Shown piece after piece: positions 53,701 through 64,000 of a DNA stretch of 64,000 bases (positions within the stretch are counted from its first letter, which is position 1; each line of letters begins with the position of its first letter). Made by a program: the position numbers and the translations under genes. The notes below the pieces were generated by a model, which was given only the letters and a program-made list of their open reading frames with translations, was not told where the DNA came from and did not search any database. Origin of the DNA: Botryllus schlosseri (taxonomy: Eukaryota); NCBI GenBank assembly GCA_051294905.1, contig CM119371.1:32118001-32182000 (forward strand), given 5' to 3'.

Positions 53701-56700
53701 TGACAGAGTATTGTGATGACATTTACTTTAGCGAATGACAACGGAAAAATTCTCGATTACGTTGTCGGTGTATGTGTTACACAAATAATTCTAGTACACC
53801 TAACCATAGGGTACATTTGGCAAACATCGTACAAAGTGTTTCTTTGTGTTGGTAACGACTTTCAGCGGTTTGGTTTCATGTCGGGAATTATTATTTGAGG
53901 GTTCAAAAAACAATATCAATCAATGCTACAAATGAACAACAATGCAAAACACGTTTAGTGAATTACAGTGTAGCAAGTACTTCCTTAATATTACGATTGT
54001 TGTGCACTAGACATTTCTAGTTGAATTGAATGCGTCGAGCAAACATATTCAATTTACTTTTGTAATGATCAAAGTCTTAGAGTGCAACCTCGTAAAATTT
54101 TACGTTTAGCACGTTCTATAGAAAGTGTGAACGGAGTTGAGTATTAATCGTGTACTTGGGATAATGCTTTGATATCAAAGATATATTTTCACACTGTGTA
54201 ATGTTTCGATTCTCTGTTGTGAATACCTCCAGTAACGACATTGATGTTAAATCCTCACTCTTGGTCATTGTAAGCGAATCCTAAACATCGCAACAGTCGG
54301 TATGGAAATCGAACGCATGCATACTTTTAGATAGGCGACACTAACAAGTTTATTACATCCGTGAAATACTCTGAAACGTCGATTCGTGATTGTGTTAGCT
54401 ATATTCATCTTCTATATCTGTGGACACAAAGAATTCTTAACTTTGGTTACAGCTCATTCGTAACGAATTGTTGCGTGCAATCTAGAAAAGCACAAGTCGA
54501 AGACGAATGATTTGATTTCAATAAACTAAAAAAAATTCCTTTTGTTTTGATGTTGGATTTAATACAATTTGTATGACTATACCGAATCCGAATCCGAAAG
54601 TGCAATGTTACTTTAGTAGAAAAATTGGATGACTCGCATTTTGATATTGATAGATGTGTAGAGTAATATGACTAGTTTATAAAATCTCGGTAATGTTTTT
54701 TTTTTGTCATGTCTGTGATCAACAAATATGTGATCAAGTCTTACCATTCGATATTAACTTTCGCAGTCGGTGTAATTTGTTGAAGTAACAATACCGACGA
54801 GTTCAATAATATTCTCCATCGATGCATTCGAATAATCCGTCAGCTGCAAGCGGATTTAAAACTTGATGCTGTTTCGTGGTTAACTCAAGTCAGTGGTCGT
54901 ATTTGTGTTGATTTCAGGAATGATCATGACGAGTTGCCTGGGTAGATTAGTTAATGTGGTTGTAACTACGACCGTACAGAGTTGCTGACACCCCAATATC
55001 TTTTACGCTGTAATATACGGATTTAATTGTGATAAATTAATTCTCAGTTATTGTTCGGACATTCAAATCTCGTATACTCAAAATATAATATGTCCAAGTC
55101 AAATCGTATATGTACCGATTAGTAAATACTTTGTCTTCAGAGTAGTAACGACCTTTACAATCGAATAAAAAAGACCGATCATACGAATACAGCCAGGATG
55201 AATTAATTCAAGTTTGTGAGTTGTAGTGATATAATCAAGGAAGTGAAAACTAGATTTTTAACAATTGTTAATGTTGTGAAGAATTCTTGTGAGTATGGTA
55301 AGATGCTAAAATATCTCTTTGACAAACGGAAAGCGGGATCGCGAATAGAGTTGCAATGTTTCATTACTTGTTTCAAATCAATGTGCATATAATATCGAAA
55401 TGGGACTGCGGGAAAGTTGGTAGTCATGTTTGTCAATCTATTTCAATTCAGACTATGTCAAAGTCCAAATATTTTATTTTGGATTATTTGGATTTACCTT
55501 TAGTACATCGGCGAATGGATTTAAAGTTGGTAAATTACCAAAATGATTGAATATTATCGGGTTAGAGATAGTTGGTATTGATTCTATAACTGTTAAAACA
55601 GCGGCGTGGAATGTGTGAATAATTCAATGTGACTGAAAGTCGGTGTCAGTAATATTCAGATTACGGTCGAATCAAAAGATCACGAAAAGATTTCTCAAAT
55701 TAATTAGAATTGTACCGAATTAACACATTCAGATACGAATCAACTTGAGCTGTGTAGTAAGTTTCATTCCATTCAATTGATACATTGCTTGAATATTCGC
55801 ATGATTCTTATCACACAAAGTCAACGACTGTTTCGAAGCGTCAAAACATATAGCGATCGCGTGCAAGTGTCAAATTGTTGGTTTTCGAATCACGGTCTGT
55901 GCTGGTACTGTTATTCATTACTTATTACTTAAGAGTAACAACCATCGACATATTACACTATAGCGATTGGGGTGTATGTAATGACAAGACGCGAGAAATG
56001 GCTATGTCTTTGGTGTTATCTTGTGAGCGATCGTAGGATTTGTAACCTATTTCACACGTTTTTGAAGTGTTGGTATGTGAGCGCGGTTATTGTTGATATT
56101 CGAATCTACGCCGGCTCTGTGGCAAACCAATTACCAAAATATTACATTGCTAACGATAGGCATGTATGTAACAGCGAGTCGCGAGCGATGGTTATGTCTT
56201 AGGTATTATCTTGTGAGCGATCGCGGGTGGATTATCTGAATTTACCTTTAGAACATCCTGCGAATGGATTCCGACACCGCACCATAACATTTTTGATAAT
56301 AAGAACTCAAGGATTTTCAGCCAAGGAATACTTGAATTATTTTGGGTGATGGTAAAAAAGTGAATGATACGATTGTGCGTGCTTTTGTGAAGAGTTTGAT
56401 TTCACAGTAATGAATTCAACGAATGTGTAATGTGTATACTTGTGATTCTTGTTGCGACTGTGAACAGCAGACTATTCTATAGGTGCGAAACAGTGGTATA
56501 CAAGGTGCGAATAATCCGATCTGAAGTATTATTCAGCTAGCAATCAATAGCGAGGAAAGACTTAGAACACGATCAGTCATTTGTCACGACTAAACTATGA
56601 TGTCTTCATGTAGAACCGTGTGAGCGATCCCTATACCTGTAACGCTATCATGTCTATATCAGCTACGTTACCATGTCACCGCGATCATAAGAATAACGAT

Positions 56701-57168
56701 ATATTAAAGTCGCACTCGCCGTAAACGTTAGGATTAACTCGAATCGGTCATATATAATAATTTGGGATATACACATTAACTAAGAGCCAATCACGTGACT
56801 ATTTACTTGATACATATTCAACACCGTGCGAGAGATGCATATACCCGAAAGTACGAATCACCACTACGACACCGGTTGAGCGATCCCTATACCGAAAATG
56901 GTCATCGGTTCAAGATGAGTTTCGAGGCACCGGTTGAGTGATCCCTATACCGAAAAGGGTTACCGGTTCAAGACGAGTTTCGAGGCACCGGTCGAGTGAT
57001 CCCTATACCGAAAAGGGTTACCGGTCGAGAGATGCCTATACCAACCCAGGCACCGGTCGGGTGGAAGGGGGGTCTGAAAGGGTCACCGGTTCAGGACGAG
57101 TTTTCGCGGCACCGGTCGGGTGCACCCATAAGAACCAATAGCCGTTCGCGAGCGATCATACTAACTAC
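50786..57168 (-). repeat. Right arm (6383 bp) of giant inverted repeat
   Basis: Mirror of 43416-49799; at least 5 substitutions and one homopolymer indel distinguish the arms. Confidence 0.97.
51525..52174 (+). pseudogene. Decayed type I membrane protein relic: about 14-aa repeat stalk, TM helix, cytoplasmic tail (mirror copy 48411-49060, minus strand)
   Basis: Units of about 42 bp GAAAATGGTATTGTTACCCAGGTAAA...CCAAGT read ENGIVTQGKDRFPS/ENGIGTQVND with frameshifts, then in frame ENGNFTWVGIVCLVLLVLLNVVAGSCWYTITSVKRIY...TLH*. Confidence 0.5.
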
Positions 57169-60100
57169 TAACGCATAATGCGATATCCATTTTACAAGAA
57201 CGTTATACACCACACAATTCGATTATCTCCATACTACCCACTTCTATCGAATAATTATATATACCAACAATTACGATGCGACCTAATTTACGGTGTTATA
57301 CACCCCGTCTACATTCTACAATCAATAATTCAACAGAACGATATCCTTTTCGCCGGGCGAAATTATTCTTGTGTGTACTAATTCCACAATCTTAGAAGAT
57401 GATGTCTCGAACCCAGACTGTAAACTGAAATTGTGTGACAAAACAATAGAGTCTGCATGTGATGGAACAATGGTAGCGAATTTCTTTGGACTCATTCTGT
57501 GTTAGCAATACCTTATACCTGTTTGCATAGTCGAGTCATGGAACTCATTCAGACTGGAATAATGTAAGGCTGTAGCAGCGGTACGAAATTTTGTAAAGTA
57601 GCTGTGCGTACAAATCCGATTGTATTTCGTATCATGTCTATATCAATCAAATCAGGTAATCGTAAATCCAAATCGGGTCAAACTATACCGGTGGTTTTTA
57701 ACCTTATGAGCCCTTTCGCTAATCTGCACGGCTTCAGCGAACCCCCTAATTTTCGACTGATGTAAATAGATATCACATTACAGATCTAGTCATTACTGCA
57801 GCAAACTAGTGAACTAAATGAACTGCGCATCGACAACAGTGTTAAAAGAACGGGACCGTTAAAACATGATTTACACACAAAGCAAAAAGATTATGATGAA
57901 TATTTACTGCAATATCAGAGCGACTTCTGCTGTTTCACTTCAGATACCATAGGTCAGATATGTGAGGCTTCACCATTGAGCCAGACCAGACAAATTATTC
58001 TTTAGAAAAATCCAAATCCGCGCAGAATGGCAGATTTTGAGAACTAGATAATTACAGTTTTCCAATTAGGCAAATTAGAGCGAAAAGCCGGTAGTCTAAT
58101 TCTAATCGGATTTGTGAACTGTTTCTTTGCTTTCATTCTAATTCTATTCTTTTTCTTGAAATGTTCATATGCTCTAATTTTAATTCTAATCCAATTTCGG
58201 GTTTTCCTGTAAAAGCAACAGGAGAACTGTTTACTATACGAAACGAGCCAAGCTTGCTGGTATCGTCAAAGTTATGCGAGAGGCTGACTTATCTATTTCA
58301 TATTCAGATTATATTGCGGAAAATTAGACGTCTCATGACGCAAATAGGCCACCCTAGTACAACAGGCTGATGCCACGAATTCAGTAATTCATATTCTAAT
58401 CCAATTTGTAAAACCTGTGTAGCTATATTTCTATTTATACTTTAACTTGAAAAAATCTTCGTAGCTGACATTCTAGTTGTAATTTAATTTGGAAAAGCTG
58501 AAATTTTTCTAGTTGTTCAAGTCTGCTCATCTCTGCTACTCTACTGAAATGATCATTTGGATTTGGATCTGCATTTGGAAAACCAGGTTTTTGTTCGGAT
58601 TAGCATTGGCTACATCTGCTGACCTCGATTCACTAATATCCTTGAAGGCACCATGCACATGTGCTTTGAGCTCAGCCCGTGAACACAACTACACCAATAA
58701 ACGCATAGCGACACCAAACTAAATCCTAATGTCGATAAATGTCAGTAACCAAGTATTTCCGCTGCACTGACGAAGTACTTCCGCTGTAACCGCAGTAACG
58801 TACTTAAAACGTTTTCCTTTACGTTCGAAATCAAAGCTTTGTGATTTTAGTGCACCAGTCGACATACTATCATTTCCATACTATCTGAACACCTTCTTTC
58901 GTGAGTACAAAATGATATAGTTTATGAATGGATGGATTATGGATTTGCACCCTATCAATGAATTGAATAGTCAATGTACGTAAAATAGGTTTTGTGTCTA
59001 TCATACTCACAGCTACGCAAACAGACAATCGCACCAATCAAACAATCAATCAATTCATTTAGCCATTTATCTCCAGCAATTCTAGCAATGAATTCAATTC
59101 AATACACAGATTCTGCTCCCAGCTGTATTGGAATGCTGGAATTTAACATACCCTAACCACTTAATATTATGTCGTAGTTAGAAATCTATCTTTTACTAAT
59201 AGCATAAATTGTGCTTAGCCTGCTGATCTACATACTCACAAGCTGCCATCATGGCATATTATATACCTCTGTCGCTAGACAAATCACAGAAGCTGGCTGA
59301 ATGGTGACTTACACCGGATGCTTGCAAATGTACATTTACAATGAGACATGAGATATTGTACAACGTAAATCATTGCATATGGCAAAGCATCAGGCTACCA
59401 CTACAGCGTATACGATTGAATTCGCTGACTATTCTTCCCTTCGCCGCTAACCTTTCTGTATGGGTCGATACGGGCAAGTGCTAGGCCGGTATATCGATTT
59501 GTATGCTTCTACTCTATTATATTTAGGATCATTAATCCAAGAGATCCTTACTACGTATTGTAAAGTTGATGTGAGTATTAAATAATACATGGTGCGGTTT
59601 GCCAGTAGGCTATCAAAAATTTAGTGTCGGCTATAGTCAACGTGTATAAACTGAAATACTTTGTCCCTGGCAATAATTCCCACTAAGTCAACTTGTTACA
59701 ATGACAATAATTCCCATACGGACAACATCAAATAGCTATAGCTATATAGACTCATTTGAATGTGAAACTTTAAAACAGTTGCAGATATAGGGCGATAGTG
59801 ATAGGACGATTAGGTGTAACTTTATAATGGACTATACCAGAGGTTCTCAGCCTTTTTGTCTTCGTGGACTCCTTTTGGACCATCACGGACCCCCTCACCT
59901 TTTCGTTCAAATTAAGCTCAGTTATCGAGCAATCGTGATATGTCTTGCGCAAATGTTAACTGTAGGCTAGTGATAAACAGCGACAAAATGAATTTTCATG
60001 AAAATAACATATCATACTATATTAATGTAAAAATTGGGTAGACTTTTTATGTTTCAAAATGAATCCTGAAACTACATTTCATTAAATACGTCGTCGTGTC

Positions 60101-61019
60101 TTGAAAATTCGCGGCTTCGATTTGTCACGTACGAGTGCCTTAAATCCATTTCTACAACGATAGGTGGTGGTGAATGTGACAATAACGCGCAACGCTTCCG
60201 ACGATACATTTGGATATGATCGCAACAAATGTGGCACCAAAATTGAGAACCAGATTTTCTAATTAACATAATAACGCCCAACCTGTTCATTTTCATCTAA
60301 CAGCTCATCTTGAATTTATTATGCAATAGTGGTTATGTATATCACAGGAGTAAATATTTCGCAGTCATCGTGATTGACCTTACTATAATACTCCAACTTT
60401 TCATTTTCCACAATGCCCAAAAAACATTTGTAAACAGAAATATGTTTGTATCAGTAGGCTATTGGCAAATTAGCAATTAAAATGAGTTTGCAAAGTCGGT
60501 TATTTCATCTCAGACGGATTTTTACCAGCAATGAAGCGAAACTGCCTCGTTATTTCCCTAATTAAAAAATGCGAAGTAGGTTATTTATCAACCATTTTGT
60601 AAATATACAGGCTTCGCGGCTCCCTGAAAATACTTCACTGGACTATACGATATATCAAGTCATGAAGAGTTGATACGTCAATTGTAGGTCCTATACTATT
60701 TTCCACTGCGGAAGATTGTAAACATCGATTTACGAAACGTATTACAAGGCAGTATATACGCACTTCAGTGGCACTTCTGTGAATTCCTGATCAATCAGAG
60801 ATACACACAGCGAGAGAGCGAGAGAGATATGCTGCACCACCGAGATGCGATACGACCGTAAGGTCACCTGGTCTGCACACCCGTTTTCCTTTCTCCTCCA
60901 TGCCATCAGTGGATGCTGAGCGCTTGGCACGATAGCTGCGGATACCAGTTTTCGGGTCTTTGGTCTTTGGAATCGAACCCACGACCTATACCAGCGGTCG
61001 GGAACCTATGGCTCGCGAG

Positions 61020-61515
61020 TAGGGCTGGGCATAATGATTCGAGTACTCGAATCTGAATCGAGTAGCAATTTAAATGATTCGAGTCGAGTAGTAAAATACG
61101 TTTTTTTCGAGTACTGAAATTATACGCTCCTCGCCGCTGAAAGTTAATTTAAAAACAAGAATTCTAATTTCGATACTAATTTTCAGAGAGGAAGCCTTGA
61201 AACCTTGACTGGTCGTACCGTAGCATACAATACATAGTACAAAGCTACAAACGTTACTGGGAATAACGCATTTCTGAAGTTCCACAACATTGCCACCCAG
61301 TCAAATGAAATCAGCGTGGTCCAAAAAATGCCTAGCTATCTTTAATATGATGGATAACGGACATAGGTACATAGGTACATATTTGTACTTTGAAATACTG
61401 TATTCGGTTATCTTATGACGTCATAATAAGTGATACTCGATTACTCGACTCGACTCGAAGCAGAATACGTGATTCAGAATCGAATCACCCGGGTACTCGA
61501 TTTTGCCCAGCCCTA
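61020..61515. mobile_element. hAT-type MITE (TAGGGCTGGGCA family), reverse orientation
   Basis: TIRs as at 9726; 8-bp TSD CTCGCGAG. Confidence 0.9.
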
Positions 61516-62052
61516 CTCGCGAGCCATATATGGCTCTTTTGGGTATAAGATATGGCTCTTTGCCAAATATTTATTTTTTAACTGAATTGATCAATATTGC
61601 AGCAACTTGTTAGTAAATTTTCATCACGACCATAGTAATCATTCTCGTGACCGTATAAATATGCCTTTTGAGGAGTAAAGACAATGCCGTCTTCAGGGTT
61701 AGGGGCTCGGACCCCCCCCCTTTTCAAAATCCCCAAATTTAAGTTACTGTGGCGCGGTGACCAATATCACTAGCGAATTCGATGTACCCGACTCAAAATC
61801 TTGGATTGCACGATACGTTGATTGATGAAAGAGAATAGCAGACATGACGATGTCCATATGACAATGCAGTTATCAAATAAATGCGCACTGTCTTTCTGAT
61901 CTACGGCGCGAAATGAGCTGCCTTGGAAGTGACATTAACAATTGCAAACTCGAATTACAAACAACGCCATATAGTTACCCACGTTATTGATTGGTAAGTC
62001 GCTTCGTAGTACCGGCGATGAAATGTAGGCGTGTGGCGCAACGTTATATGTT

Positions 62053-62641
62053 CATCATCATCATCATCATTGGTTTATTAGCAATTTTATCAGTTCAATA
62101 CACCACAAAAAATGCGATACAATGAAAAGACAGGAAGATGTCGAAGCGACAAGGAGCAGTCTATGGAATCTGACACCCACCTTGGCCTAGGCGATGTAAA
62201 GAGGAGGCATGCACACTGAATGAAAGTAAAGAAGATAGTATAGAAAAAAGAAAGCGACAATAAATAGGGCGGCATGTCATGGGAAGCGAGATCGATAGGT
62301 CAGTCGTGGTCCGGTAATCTTGAGGATGGACTGTATTTATTTAGTAGTAATTGCTTGTATTTCGACTTGAATGTGGACATGCTCGTCGACTGTCGGATGG
62401 CCGGCGGGATACTGTTCCACACATCAGGTCCGGCATATTTGATAGAGCGATGATCTTTTCGGTCGATCATATGATATTTGGACGACGTGGACGCGCGTGT
62501 GTTGTACTTGTGCGCTTTTGATTCCGAGGTAAAGAAGTCATTGAAATATTCGGGGCAACGACCGCAGTGGAACTGATACATAAACTTGGCGATTTCTAGT
62601 TTCCGCATATCCGCATATCCGCATATCCGCATATTCCGCAT
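62053..62641 (-). mobile_element. 5'-truncated CR1-group LINE, same family as 22044-22756
   Basis: Near-identical [19 protein letters not shown]...PDHD* and 3' UTR; (TGA)n tail; (CCGCATAT)n at the 5' junction. Confidence 0.9.
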
Positions 62642-64000
62642 GTTCCAGCCTTATACTTTGAGATTTGAGAAGTCGAGCAGTATTTAGATATTCGGAATCA
62701 GTGCGACCATCTTAAATTCAATTATTATCTGTTATTATAAATTCTAAGCTATTAACCATGAATTACGGTATCAATGGTGAAGCTTGACCCGTCTGTGCAT
62801 AGCTTATCGTTTCAGGCTTTATTTTCGAATAAGTAATATGCAAATTCCCTAATTTAGGGCGGTAAATGTTCAAAATTCAGTCATTCATGAACATCGATAG
62901 AAAATGACAATAGTGATTGAAGGTTTCACAATTTTCGTTCACTCATCCTGGCGACAGGTGACGAACTGCCTCATTTGGCTCCCCTGACCCCACGTCACTG
63001 ATGTAACGCACCTTACATTGGGTATATACTGCTGTAGTGACCTTGAGTTCTCGCAATTGAAAGGAGCATCACTACGAAGCTGCGTTCTCGTAACTCAAGG
63101 TTCGCATGCTCGAATAAGGTTATACCAGCATGATTAGTACGAGTATTTACGAAGAAAATGAGGCACAACACGATGAACCCCCTGTAGTGAGATTGTATAA
63201 GAGCTAAAATGACGTCACAAATTTTCAATTGTGACGTAACAGTTGATTGACATGTATGGCTCTTTGGGAGTTAAAATGGGAAAAAATCGGCTAAAATGGC
63301 TCTTCCGACGAACAAGGTTCCCGACCACTGACCTATACCGATCGATGAGCCGGACGCATCACCATTACACTATCTCGCCCGGTGGTCACAGCCTTGTCCC
63401 GAAGTCAAATGAAATAGGTATGGTCGAAAACAACAAATAATTTGTAATGTGATGTGGGAGTGGCATTATATTCCTTGTGATCACATAAAATGAACATATT
63501 TGACCGTGTCATTTCAGCTGCCGATTTTGACTAGCCATAGTTATATAAATGTCGGAATTGTGAACCTCACTGCTGATTGTTACATCACAAGTGTTATCTA
63601 CGCGTCGTCACTGACTATCCAAGCTTGGTAGAACCTAGGTATTTGACATGGGCTAGCGCTAGCTTGACTGATAGACTAATGCTCTGCTATAGTTCTGGTC
63701 ACCAGCAAGTACCGCTAGCTCCTATCGAAGGGGAGTGACAAGCAACACTCGATTAGGGCTTTTCTGAATCGTGCATCTGTTGCAATTAGTAAAACAGATG
63801 TATGTTCGTGCTTTCGCCATTTAACCGAGATTTGGTTTTTGCTGCTGGGCGAGTAGTGCGCAAATCGGGTAAGAGCTCCTCAAACGATTATAGATTTGAA
63901 AATCTTTTACCCGTCCAATAAGACACACATCAAGTCATGAAAACTCAGTGGTTGCTCACAGTGATCGCATCAATCGCTGGCTCGAACAGTCCGTGCTAAT

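Larger units (their letters stand above)
43416..57168. mobile_element. 13.75-kb foldback element, probable non-autonomous Maverick/Polinton-like derivative
   Basis: Arms 43416-49799 and 50786-57168 are reverse complements (mirrored ORF track); termini GTAGTTAG...CTAACTAC(T); AACGC(C/A) flanks both ends; no intact core genes recognised. Confidence 0.65.
60992..63330. mobile_element. hAT/Charlie-like non-autonomous element containing nested MITE and LINE
   Basis: CAGCGGTCGGGAACC...GGTTCCCGACCACTG; 8-bp TSD ACCTATAC; subterminal TGGCTC repeats. Confidence 0.9.
60880..63383 (-). mobile_element. tRNA-derived SINE split by the 60992-63330 MITE
   Basis: After removing the insert: A box TAGTGTAATGG (63362-63372) and B box GGGTTCGATTCC (60969-60980), then CCAAAGAC...TGGTA...GCGCTCAGCAT body; 3' end not defined. 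Confidence 0.7.

Noticed and set aside
44382..56202. Intact Polinton core genes (pPolB, integrase, ATPase, protease, capsid) or real short genes among the mirrored 60-136-aa ORFs
   Set aside because: No recognisable motifs; most ORFs are short and duplicated only because of the inverted repeat.
63339..63383. tRNA gene
   Set aside because: Only A/B boxes, no full cloverleaf, interrupted by a transposon and followed by a SINE-like body.

Overview
Animal genomic DNA (intron-rich, repeat-dense, about 35-40% GC; probably a marine invertebrate, host not identifiable from sequence). Three spliced minus-strand host genes are readable: a complete 6-exon sterol desaturase / fatty-acid-hydroxylase-family gene (31857-39631, 369 aa) and two tandem paralogues made of a signal-peptide exon plus LDL-receptor class A (LDLa) exons (21576-27800 complete, 169 aa; 6678-11275 partial). 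The most striking structure is a 13.75-kb foldback element (43416-57168): two about 6.38-kb arms, near-identical but not identical, around a 986-bp spacer. It has Maverick/Polinton-like (A)GTAGT...ACTACT termini, an imperfect 5-6-bp target duplication, subterminal 58-bp repeats and only decayed coding cargo, including a repeat-stalk plus transmembrane protein relic. Also present: a dispersed repeat of about 150 bp whose consensus folds as a minimal type I hammerhead ribozyme (Penelope-like), a foldback MITE filled with a TTAGGG-containing minisatellite, a structured 290-bp retroposon, CR1/L2-type LINE 3' fragments, many hAT-type MITEs with 8-bp TSDs, a P-like MITE and a nested SINE/MITE/MITE/LINE cluster. 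All calls were made by eye; no database searches were run.
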